DNA of 64,000 nucleotides from a virus (Duplodnaviria; Heunggongvirae; Uroviricota; Caudoviricetes): IMG/VR virus record IMGVR_UViG_3300010049_000010, positions 64,749 to 128,748 of that record; one strand, 5' to 3'. Shown piece by piece: positions 55,736 to 64,000 of this stretch (position 1 is its first letter; each line of letters starts with the position of its first letter). The notes under the pieces were generated by a model. It saw only the letters and a program-made list of their open reading frames with translations, ran no database searches and was not told where the DNA came from. The position numbers and the translations under genes were made by a program.

Positions 55736-56381
55736 TTAACAGATATGGAATTGTCCCCCATTCAATTATTCCACGAATAGCGTTAAAGAAGTATAAAATA
55801 TATGCGCCCATTAAAACATAAGCTTTATTTTTCCAGTAAACTGCGATTGATAAAATATTAATTACGAGCCAAAAGAGCCACGTTAATGGATTCCACATAA
55901 TAAGTAAAATTGTTGCAATGTAACTTAATCCAGTAGAATATGCGTCTAATCCTACGGAGTTTGGATATGGAAATATAGTTGGTTTTATTTTATGTAAACC
56001 AATTGCTAATTTTCCAGAGCCCCAAGAAGCAAGTAATCCGAATCCAATAGAGAATAACAATACAGCTAATACTGGAATTGGAAGTTCTACTCCGCCAAAA
56101 GTTGAGCTGTAAAATAATATTCCACATAATCCAATTATATTTAATGGAGTATATATAGTCATTTCAACCATATCGCTATATAATCTCTTAAAATAGAAAA
56201 AGATCACATACAAGATACATGCGACAATAGCTCCACCCCAAGCGAATGTAAACACCCAAGGCGCTGTAGTTTCTGGATTGAAACCAAATGCGAAGACAGT
56301 TGCCGCATACAACACGGTTGCTACGATTTCTAATGGTAGCAATTTCTTTACAGATAATTCTTTCATATTATTTCCTTTCAT
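55719..56381 (-). CDS. pnuC: PnuC-like nicotinamide riboside transporter
   Basis: 220 aa with seven to eight TM helices. TWLFWLVINILSIAVYW matches the PnuC signature NWLLWVIINVISVV. Confidence 0.55.
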   Translation of the reverse strand: MKGNNMKELSVKKLLPLEIVATVLYAATVFAFGFNPETTAPWVFTFAWGGAIVACILYVIFFYFKRLYSDMVEMTIYTPLNIIGLCGILFYSSTFGGVELPIPVLAVLLFSIGFGLLASWGSGKLAIGLHKIKPTIFPYPNSVGLDAYSTGLSYIATILLIMWNPLTWLFWLVINILSIAVYWKNKAYVLMGAYILYFFNAIRGIIEWGTIPYLLTIFGG

Positions 56382-56607
56382 ATATAGGTTCTAAATCTTT
56401 TATATAAGTCATAGTTAAGATATTTTGACCATTCACTTTTAAGATAGCTTTGTTATCAATTATATCTTCTACTGTTAATAATTGACCATGTTTTAATTTG
56501 CAGGGACAGATAAGAAGCGGACTAAATTGTAAGTAGGATCTGTAGAGATAATAACTGGACTTGCTTAAATTATCAATAGTTACTATCATTCCTGGAATTA
56601 TTTTCAT
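56368..56607 (-). CDS. hypothetical small protein
   Basis: ORF only. Confidence 0.35.
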   Translation of the reverse strand: MKIIPGMIVTIDNLSKSSYYLYRSYLQFSPLLICPCKLKHGQLLTVEDIIDNKAILKVNGQNILTMTYIKDLEPIYERK

Positions 56608-56622
56608 TAAAGATAGATTAAC

Positions 56623-56844
56623 TTAATATGCTCTTCGTCTTCTCTTATTCATCTGAACATTATCAATCATAAATTCGTCTATAAGATTGAAAAGCATTTT
56701 CTCTTCTGATTCGTCTTGAAGATTGTCTAATTTTAATGCTTTAATTCGACTCTTAAGATCTTCAAAATCTCTGCCAAATTGTTGTATTAAGTCAAACTCC
56801 TCATAACCGTATTCTGTCTTAAAATAATAAAGCATTTTTTCCAT
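56623..56844 (-). CDS. hypothetical small protein
   Basis: ORF only. Confidence 0.35.
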   Translation of the reverse strand: MEKMLYYFKTEYGYEEFDLIQQFGRDFEDLKSRIKALKLDNLQDESEEKMLFNLIDEFMIDNVQMNKRRRRAY

Positions 56845-56849
56845 ATTAT

Positions 56850-57254
56850 TTAGTCATCAAATAATATATCTGTAGTTTTTTCTAGTCTATTTTCTAATTC
56901 GGCTATTTTCTTATTTTTTATATCATCAAAATCATAAGCTTCTTCAAACTCTTTATCTAAGAAGTCATTAAATTTCATGTGAGCTCTGTCCATTATATCT
57001 TCCATTATTTCGTAAAAGATTTTAACTTCTTTTAAAGTGCATCTTTGTCTTAGTATAGTGTCTATTTTATGTATAGTGTCTTTGTATTCATCTTGTCTAT
57101 CATAACGATCTTCAAGATTAAAATTCTTAATTAGCGTTTTAAGAGACGTAGTTTTGAACGCTTTAGCTATTTGCGTTTCAATAGTTTGATATTTTCCATA
57201 TCTTTCCCAAAATCTATTTTGACTAAGTTCAGACGACATTATTTTCTCCATCAA
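56850..57254 (-). CDS. hypothetical protein
   Basis: ORF only. Confidence 0.4.
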   Translation of the reverse strand: MMEKIMSSELSQNRFWERYGKYQTIETQIAKAFKTTSLKTLIKNFNLEDRYDRQDEYKDTIHKIDTILRQRCTLKEVKIFYEIMEDIMDRAHMKFNDFLDKEFEEAYDFDDIKNKKIAELENRLEKTTDILFDD

Positions 57255-57810
57255 ATTCTATTTTAATATTTCTAGTTGCGGAAATCATATCGGCGATTGC
57301 GATAATATAGTGTTCAAATTTAGTCGGTGTTTCACCTAATTTCTTTCCAGTTTTATCTGTATTCCATCTGGACATATGTGAGTCAACAATGTCAGCGATT
57401 AAATCTAATTTTACTTTTAATTCTCCGCCAAAGAATACTCCAAATTCTCTAATTTCATTTCCCATTAAAAGCGGATGCTCAGATTGAGTATGTTCTTGAT
57501 CTTTAACAAACTTTTTTAAGTCATGCAAAATCGCCGCGGCGTATGGAATATCCCAAGCTTCTTTGTCATCATATTGAGGCATCATAGATAGAATTCTTTC
57601 AGTGAATAGACATACTACTTTAGTATGTCGAATTAACCCGCTTTTTCCTAGACTAAATTGAGGATGATATTTTCCAGAAGAACTGGCTGGACCTTCTGCA
57701 TTTTTATCATCACATTTCTTTGCAATAATGTCTTTAACAACACGTCGTAGTTCTTCGTTGTTTATCTTATCGAGTTCGTAACTTAAAGCTTTTAATAATC
57801 TTCTACCCAT
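57229..57810 (-). CDS. HD-domain phosphohydrolase (paralog of the ORF at 43019)
   Basis: SSSGKYHP … AAILHDLKKF gives the HD motif. Confidence 0.55.
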   Translation of the reverse strand: MGRRLLKALSYELDKINNEELRRVVKDIIAKKCDDKNAEGPASSSGKYHPQFSLGKSGLIRHTKVVCLFTERILSMMPQYDDKEAWDIPYAAAILHDLKKFVKDQEHTQSEHPLLMGNEIREFGVFFGGELKVKLDLIADIVDSHMSRWNTDKTGKKLGETPTKFEHYIIAIADMISATRNIKIEFDGENNVV

Positions 57811-57814
57811 TTAA

Positions 57815-59347
57815 TTATATTAACGAGTTGTGCCAATCGTCAAATTCAGGTTTATTTATTACTTTTGCGCTAAAATATTTTTTATCATTTATTATAATAA
57901 AAATTCTTGAATCTTTATATAAAAATTTATCCACATTGATAGCTGGAGCTACAGGTTCAGATGCTCCTGTCGGCCAACTTAATGATTTTTCTATTTCTAA
58001 TATATCTTTTCTTAAGTTTTGATCTCGATAAAATCTAGACTTAAATGGAATGCCTTGCTTAAAAGATTCTTCTAATTCATTTTTAAATCTCAATACTTGT
58101 CGTCTTGAACCAGTAACTTTATAACAAAGAATTGGTGAATCATAATTATTGATATAATCCCCACCTTGCTGATATCTATCATAATTTGGTGACATATTTA
58201 CTTTCCAACCAGTCCAAGTATTTTCCCACATTGATAATGGCATATCAATTTGATTACCATCTTTATTATTTATTTTAGGTATCAGCGGTGGTGTTGGCGG
58301 AGTTTCTAAGAAGTAAAAGAAATATGTGTCTGCTAATAATTTATTATCTAATAATTCAGATTTTTTTGTATAATATTCATAATTAAAAAGTGTGCCTATA
58401 TATATCGTATTACTAATAACTTTTTCTGCAAATTCAAAATTTACTTCTAAATGATAATCTGCATCTTCTTCTAAAGTATCTACTTGAAAAGACATTTGAT
58501 TAGCATCTTTTATCAATATACCATTTTTAAACCATTGATATTCTGGAAAATAATTTATATAATATCCAACAGCATTATCAATTTCAATAAGATTTTTTTG
58601 CGTAACATCTTTTACAGGAATATCTTTAAGATGAGGATTTTCTACTAATGCCTTTTTAATTTGATTTATTCCATGGGATTTAATTGACCAAGCATTAGTT
58701 ACATTATTATTTATAACGATAACTTCTAAATTATGAGTATAACTTGAAGTTGTAATATCTATTGATAGTTCAGATATACCCATATTACCCATATCTGAAT
58801 TTTCTGATATTTGTACGATTCTATTATTTAAAAACCATAACCATAAAGGACTGGGAATATTCGTAATCTCACTAATTGGTTTTCCAAAGCCAGGACTTGA
58901 AATTCTAACACCATCATCTTTATCAATACTTGTATTATAATAGTTATGCTCTTGCCATTGAGTTAATGCCCCGCTTGCAACAGTTCCAATATTTGATGCT
59001 AAAAATACTGGATGACTTAATATTGGAGTTGTTGATCCAACTCTAATTTTAACAATAATATAATTATCAATTAAATCATTATTATTAATTGTATAAAAGT
59101 GTAAATTACCTTGAGATAAAGTTGATGTTGGAGTTAATTGAATTCCTTCATTCGTTAAATTTTTTATTTGATTCAAACTTTTAAGATGTACACTTACGAT
59201 ATTAAATCCACTTAATAATTCAACAGCAAAATGTGTAATATTATCAGTAGTTAACAAAACAAATATTTCATCAGATTGTAATGTGTATAACCAGGGATTT
59301 TCTTCAGTCCCGGCACCAGCTCTTGTAGCTCTATAAAACTTTACCAT
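57815..59347 (-). CDS. hypothetical protein (510 aa; possibly structural)
   Basis: ORF only. Confidence 0.4.
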   Translation of the reverse strand: MVKFYRATRAGAGTEENPWLYTLQSDEIFVLLTTDNITHFAVELLSGFNIVSVHLKSLNQIKNLTNEGIQLTPTSTLSQGNLHFYTINNNDLIDNYIIVKIRVGSTTPILSHPVFLASNIGTVASGALTQWQEHNYYNTSIDKDDGVRISSPGFGKPISEITNIPSPLWLWFLNNRIVQISENSDMGNMGISELSIDITTSSYTHNLEVIVINNNVTNAWSIKSHGINQIKKALVENPHLKDIPVKDVTQKNLIEIDNAVGYYINYFPEYQWFKNGILIKDANQMSFQVDTLEEDADYHLEVNFEFAEKVISNTIYIGTLFNYEYYTKKSELLDNKLLADTYFFYFLETPPTPPLIPKINNKDGNQIDMPLSMWENTWTGWKVNMSPNYDRYQQGGDYINNYDSPILCYKVTGSRRQVLRFKNELEESFKQGIPFKSRFYRDQNLRKDILEIEKSLSWPTGASEPVAPAINVDKFLYKDSRIFIIINDKKYFSAKVINKPEFDDWHNSLI

Positions 59348-59357
59348 ATTAAATAGT

Positions 59358-59891
59358 TCAATTTACTCTTTTTTCAATAAACGAAATAAGCTCCTTGAGA
59401 TTCTTTCCATCAAATTCAAATATCGTTTCTTCTGTATTTCTAGCGTCTCGTAAACAAGCGGAAAATTTGATGCATTGATTTACAATCACATCCATCGGAA
59501 CATTTGATCTGTCTTTTTCGTTTTCTAAATCTTTTCTCACTCTAGATTGGCATAATTCTACGTTTTCAGAGTCCATCATAAATATGTAAATGACTTCACA
59601 ATCTACATCAGTTGCTTTTTGAAGTCTGCTCCAGCTTGTGTTTGTCGCATTGAAATATACGATTTTATTATCAGCAAGCCCGTCTTTGATATTTTCATAA
59701 GCTAAATCAAATATCATTCGTCCTTTAGATTGGTCATTTACTGAGCCCAATAAAGTTCTTCTTAAATCATCCGGTTCGACATTTTCAAAAGATTCCGTTC
59801 CAAAATAAGTTTCAAGCCTATCTTTCAAATAAGATTTTCCTGATCCTGAACATCCTATAGTAACTAGCAATAAAGGTGTATTAGTTCTCAT
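59358..59891 (-). CDS. polynucleotide 5'-kinase (T4 Pnk kinase-domain-like, stand-alone)
   Basis: LLVTIGCSGSGKSY lines up with T4 Pnk IILTIGCPGSGKST. The 177-aa length matches the kinase domain only. Confidence 0.7.
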   Translation of the reverse strand: MRTNTPLLLVTIGCSGSGKSYLKDRLETYFGTESFENVEPDDLRRTLLGSVNDQSKGRMIFDLAYENIKDGLADNKIVYFNATNTSWSRLQKATDVDCEVIYIFMMDSENVELCQSRVRKDLENEKDRSNVPMDVIVNQCIKFSACLRDARNTEETIFEFDGKNLKELISFIEKRVN

Positions 59892-60628
59892 TATCCACTC
59901 CTCGTTTTCTTAGCAGGACCAGATGATTTTACATAAGGCTCCACTATCATTATATCTCTTACATCTAAATTCAAAGTATTTATATTATTTGGTTTCCAAT
60001 TTTTAGTCCAATGCTCATCTGTTTGCAAGTGATTTTCTCTGACATATTTAGCGTAGTTATGCTCGAAAGTGCTTTCATCAAATGACTTAGCATTTCTAAT
60101 AACGTAACCCTCACAAGTTTGTCCATGATTTCGTAATCCCCAATTATAATTAGAATAATATCCCTCATGTATGTCAAAATAACTGAGATTTTTTCCTCTA
60201 GCAATAACTGGTACAGTTGGCAAATCTAATATCTCGCATATTTCTACTGTATCATCCCAAGATAAAACGGTGGTTCCTTCTGTTATCATAAAAACGTAAA
60301 ATGGATGTTTTAACGCATATTTTATAGAATGCTCAGCATACATATTCTCGCCGCATATTCTCATATTAGGTTGGATATTAGAACATATTTTCGCATATAA
60401 AGCGGCAATCATTGTTCTCCAAGCTGCAGGACCTGAATCCATGCTTCTTGCATGATAATAATTTGGGCCAATCACTGTATTTTCACCGTCTAATTTTTCA
60501 GTGATTATAATTTCTTTATGTTGAAAATCAGTAATGAATGCGTCTATGTCATCTGCTGTCCTACCCTTACTCCAGGGAAGGTGACCAATTCGAGGAAATT
60601 TTCTTTTATAAAAGTCTGCTGTATGCAT
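59891..60628 (-). CDS. RNA ligase (Rnl2-like nucleotidyltransferase domain)
   Basis: Motif I ITEKLDGEN (compare KIHGTN) and motif IV CEGYVIRNAK. 245 aa. Confidence 0.55.
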   Translation of the reverse strand: MHTADFYKRKFPRIGHLPWSKGRTADDIDAFITDFQHKEIIITEKLDGENTVIGPNYYHARSMDSGPAAWRTMIAALYAKICSNIQPNMRICGENMYAEHSIKYALKHPFYVFMITEGTTVLSWDDTVEICEILDLPTVPVIARGKNLSYFDIHEGYYSNYNWGLRNHGQTCEGYVIRNAKSFDESTFEHNYAKYVRENHLQTDEHWTKNWKPNNINTLNLDVRDIMIVEPYVKSSGPAKKTRSG

Positions 60629-60657
60629 AATTCTATCCTTAATAAAATATAAGATAT

Positions 60658-61071
60658 TTAATCAAATAAGTCATTATCTTGTTGTAATTTACGAAGCCTA
60701 ATATTATCGGCTTTGAGTTGTTCTATTTCACCAGTTTGACGGTCTATTACATCTACTAAAGTATCTACATCTCTATTTATATTATCTATCTGTTTTTGAA
60801 GTGTCTCAAAGTTTTTCTTCATTTCTTCTAATAAATCATCTTGCCAATAATCAGATGCTCTTCTAAAATCTAAATCAGCTGGGCGGATATTTCTATTTTT
60901 TTCGTCTGCCATTCTAACGCCATTAAAATCAGCATCATCATGAGGGCCATTTATTGCGGTGAGAAGTTGATCAATTTCATCTTGGCTTAAGACTTCAGTA
61001 TATCGTATATCATTATAATCAATGCCTAATCTTTTAGCAAGAGCTTTTTTGGCGGCTTGGGTTCTTATCAT
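60658..61071 (-). CDS. hypothetical coiled-coil protein
   Basis: ORF only. Confidence 0.4.
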   Translation of the reverse strand: MIRTQAAKKALAKRLGIDYNDIRYTEVLSQDEIDQLLTAINGPHDDADFNGVRMADEKNRNIRPADLDFRRASDYWQDDLLEEMKKNFETLQKQIDNINRDVDTLVDVIDRQTGEIEQLKADNIRLRKLQQDNDLFD

Positions 61072-61087
61072 ATTAGTTAGATTAACT

Positions 61088-61115
61088 TATAAAAAAGCCC
61101 TTCCGAAGAAGGGCT
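61088..61115 (-). terminator. rho-independent terminator (minus strand)
   Basis: 8-bp stem agcccttc/gaagggct with loop cgaa, followed on the minus strand by T6. Confidence 0.65.
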
Positions 61116-61120
61116 TGTAA

Positions 61121-63001
61121 TTATTTATCAAATATTTTTGAATTAGAACTATATCCTGGCGTTGATTGTTCTGTTTGTGGATCACTTCCACTCATGCCTG
61201 ATCTGTTATGTCCAGCAGGAACTCCGTCTCCAGAAGGATTCATTCCAGTTGGTCTATCATATCTTTCGCATTCTTTGAAAATAGATTCAAATTTTCTGCT
61301 TAATGGAGCATTGCTGCTATGATTAGGTGTAGATTGTCTAACTGTTTTATTTGACCCTGCAATACCTGGACGATTTAATCCATCAGGTACTCCATCATTT
61401 CTGTTATCAAGTTCTCTGTAACCATTAGCTGGACCGTATCTTACTTCAGATTCTTTTATAGAAGGAGATAATAATCCAATTAAACTTTTTTCTATTTCTT
61501 TTATCTCTCTTTTGCCAATTTCTTTGTTCCATCCGGTTCCCTTAGCCATTCTTATAGTATATCTTAAAAAGTTTGGTACTTCACTAGCTTCACCTGAATC
61601 TATCCATTCATGAATCAATTCTATTATTGCTTGTTTATCGCGAGCATCTGTATAATTATGAATATATCTTGCAACATTGTTAATTTTTTCTAATTTTATT
61701 CTATTATTACGAGATCCTTCATAATCAAAATCATCGTTCATCCAAGAGCTTGAAGCTGCCATTTCATTAATCCGACGTTTTCTTTTTGCGCCTTCAAAAA
61801 TTCTTTGAAATTGTTCTTCTTGTGAGTCTGTTAAATGTGCAACGGCTGCTCCTACTGTTCCTAATACTAATCCAAGTACTATTGCTAATACTAAATTTTC
61901 TACTGTAGCAGTTCTAGCTAAAACTTCAGCATTAATTGCTTGTGAGCCTAATCCAACTACATCAGCGCCAATATCTGTTACAGCTCTACCAGCAAACTCA
62001 GCAGACACATCAGCTACAATTCCAGTTTTCCATTTTACATAAAATAGATTTGCTATAGGAATTGCCGCGCCTACTACTGCACCAATAATAAAGCCAGCTA
62101 ATCTTCTTAAAAACCCGCTTGCTGCATATAATACGTCTTCAGCTTTATCAATAAATTTGGAAGGCGTTTTATATTTTTTATTATTATATTCTTGTCCAGC
62201 TCTACCTAGTTTTTTATTTTGAGGACTATCAGCGTATCTATCAAAGTATTCATCTACACCACCACCAAAAAGGGTTGGTTTTTTAATGTTTCTTTTATAC
62301 TGACCTCGTCTTTCATATTCATAAAGTCTTCTTCTATAATCAGCTTTAGCTTCTACCAATTTTTTAAGACCACCTGATAAAACAGATTTTAAACCATCAA
62401 AATCTTTCAAGGCCTCTGCGGCGACGAAACAAGCTGCCATTAATGTTCCAGCGTCTTGTTGTGATAATTCTTCTACATCTTCTGGACCTTCAACACCCAA
62501 TTCATCTAAACAAGCTTTAACAACTTCTTTCATTGATTTGTCTTTAACTTCTGCTCTAATTCTTTTCTTAGTCGCTAAAGGAATTTGTTTTGCGAGTTCA
62601 GGTAAAACTAATTCTATAAAATGGTCCCAATTATCTAAAATTGTTTCTAGAAATTCTGAAGAAGTATCTTCTCGTAATTGAACAGATTCTATAAGTCTTT
62701 TATTTGACATATTACCAGTTTGATAATTTAAGCCACATTCCCTAAGTTCGCAAACACAATCTCCACCCTGTCCACCGCATTCTGGACAATCACCATTTTC
62801 ATTAAGTGATTCTCTTAATCTCTTATTAGACATATTACCAGTTTGGTAAGTTGCTTCAAAAAGTTTTCTGAATTTTGGCGCGATTAAATCATCGACATTA
62901 TCCTGAAATAAATCTTCTTTTCCTTCATATAATTCATTAAAACTTCTTTGATCTTGATCATCAAAGAGTTGAATTGCTTCTTGTAAATATTGTTTTCTCA
63001 T
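61121..63001 (-). CDS. large protein with internal sequence duplications and a central hydrophobic segment
   Basis: YQTGNMSNKRL(R/I)ES occurs twice, and a C-terminal module of about 33 aa (GVPDGLNRPGIAGS…STPNHSSN / GVPAGHNRSGMSGS…STPGYSSN) is duplicated. It also carries GDCPECGGQGGDCVC. Confidence 0.45.
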   Translation of the reverse strand: MRKQYLQEAIQLFDDQDQRSFNELYEGKEDLFQDNVDDLIAPKFRKLFEATYQTGNMSNKRLRESLNENGDCPECGGQGGDCVCELRECGLNYQTGNMSNKRLIESVQLREDTSSEFLETILDNWDHFIELVLPELAKQIPLATKKRIRAEVKDKSMKEVVKACLDELGVEGPEDVEELSQQDAGTLMAACFVAAEALKDFDGLKSVLSGGLKKLVEAKADYRRRLYEYERRGQYKRNIKKPTLFGGGVDEYFDRYADSPQNKKLGRAGQEYNNKKYKTPSKFIDKAEDVLYAASGFLRRLAGFIIGAVVGAAIPIANLFYVKWKTGIVADVSAEFAGRAVTDIGADVVGLGSQAINAEVLARTATVENLVLAIVLGLVLGTVGAAVAHLTDSQEEQFQRIFEGAKRKRRINEMAASSSWMNDDFDYEGSRNNRIKLEKINNVARYIHNYTDARDKQAIIELIHEWIDSGEASEVPNFLRYTIRMAKGTGWNKEIGKREIKEIEKSLIGLLSPSIKESEVRYGPANGYRELDNRNDGVPDGLNRPGIAGSNKTVRQSTPNHSSNAPLSRKFESIFKECERYDRPTGMNPSGDGVPAGHNRSGMSGSDPQTEQSTPGYSSNSKIFDK

Positions 63002-63018
63002 TTCAACTCCTTGATTGA

Positions 63019-63951
63019 TTAGCCTAAGAGGCCTTTTGACATTGCTTCTTTAAGTTTGAAGAAATCAAGTTTAGGTTCAAGATGTCTTTCAACATAAACA
63101 TCTGTTACTGTTTTGATTGATTGTTCATTAAGTATATCTTTATTTTCCGGATCATCAGCATTATCACTTTCTTTTACTTTAGTTCCAGTTTGTGTTGCGC
63201 CTTTTCCTTGTAATGCTCCGCCAGCTTCTTTGCCCATTGCTTTTGTTGGCCAAGTTTTTGCTGCTTTAGTTTCACCGGCGCCTTTGCCTGATGTGTAACC
63301 ATTTGCTAAAGCTTGTGGTGATGGAATACTTGCATATGGAGAAGCATCTGTTGATTTATCTCCACCGCCAGATGAATTACTTACGTGCGCTTTTGAAGTT
63401 AAAGTTCCAAGTTCTGATGTTGTTGGAATATCAAGATAACCTTCTTTAAGGCCTTCAATTTGAGCTTGTCTAGCAGCGATTCTTTCTTTGATTTGCTGAT
63501 ATTTTGATTTTGGTTGTGCTGCAAATTGTTTCTTAATAGCTTCAATTTCACCTTCAGTAAGTTTTGCTGTTCCTTTGTTTTCTTTTTTCCATGCGCTATA
63601 TTGTTGAAGCATTTCTCTAATTTGTTTTCCATCAGTTGATTTATTACTTTGTTGTAATGGAGCTCCCATGCCAGGATTTGCGTCCGCGCCTGGTGCTGCA
63701 TTAGGGTCAGCTGGAATATCAGCTGCTGGATTTCCAGCCATTGGATCTCCGCCTGCTAATGGATCAGTTCCATCTCCGCCTGCTATTGGTGTTAATGCGC
63801 TAATAATCGCTGTTGCGATTTCCGCCGCTGATTGTCCACCTGCTGGTTGTGCTGCATTTGGGTCTGTTCCCATAGCTGCATTAGGATCTCCTCCGCCTGC
63901 TGCTGGGTCTAATGCTTGATTAGGATCTCCGCCTGCCATTGCTCCGCCCAT
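63019..63951 (-). CDS. Ala/Gly/Pro-rich protein with DPNAA-like repeats (scaffold- or structural-like)
   Basis: GGDPNQALDPAAGGGDPNAAMGTDPNAAQPAGG low-complexity region. Confidence 0.4.
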   Translation of the reverse strand: MGGAMAGGDPNQALDPAAGGGDPNAAMGTDPNAAQPAGGQSAAEIATAIISALTPIAGGDGTDPLAGGDPMAGNPAADIPADPNAAPGADANPGMGAPLQQSNKSTDGKQIREMLQQYSAWKKENKGTAKLTEGEIEAIKKQFAAQPKSKYQQIKERIAARQAQIEGLKEGYLDIPTTSELGTLTSKAHVSNSSGGGDKSTDASPYASIPSPQALANGYTSGKGAGETKAAKTWPTKAMGKEAGGALQGKGATQTGTKVKESDNADDPENKDILNEQSIKTVTDVYVERHLEPKLDFFKLKEAMSKGLLG

Positions 63952-64000
63952 ATCTGCTTCTCTTAATTTAATTCCTTTAGTTTCAGCTTCTTTGAAATTT

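Overview
This is an AT-rich (about 28% GC), densely coding window that reads as part of a large virulent bacteriophage genome. Genes sit in long co-directional blocks. Many have AGGAG-type Shine-Dalgarno sites; others have a conserved A/T box directly against the ATG. There are rho-independent terminators between gene blocks, and no rRNA, tRNA or CRISPR array was seen. Recognisable functions are as follows. Replication and repair: a family-A DNA polymerase encoded in two pieces separated by two small ORFs, an ATP-dependent DNA ligase, a DnaN-like clamp candidate, a Cas4/RecB-like PD-(D/E)XK nuclease and HNH endonucleases. Nucleotide and cofactor metabolism: ThyX, a NadR-like NMNAT/ribosylnicotinamide kinase, a PnuC-like transporter and a second HxGH nucleotidyltransferase. 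An RNA-repair gene set: a T4 Pnk-like kinase, an Rnl-like ligase, two paralogous HD phosphohydrolases, and a giant Rnl-like protein with a 600-aa N/K/S low-complexity tail. Three radical-SAM enzymes: a tandem B12-binding pair and one whose Cys motif lies upstream of its first canonical start. A tail-like module: a TM-rich tape-measure-like giant, an M23 peptidase and a 407-aa protein. Also an SPFH protein, an Hsp20-like protein, a GNAT, a PotD-like polyamine-binding lipoprotein, and a 0.4-kb GC-rich island. The most unusual signals are three paralog families defined only by short terminal motifs. The first is eight tandem small genes that all end in LFD(D/E)EEL-COOH. The second is three proteins that start MKIRNGFVSNSSSSSF. 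The third is four proteins that start M(R/K)(T/S)FKQIL(R/Q)E, resembling a T4-type capsid-targeting propeptide.
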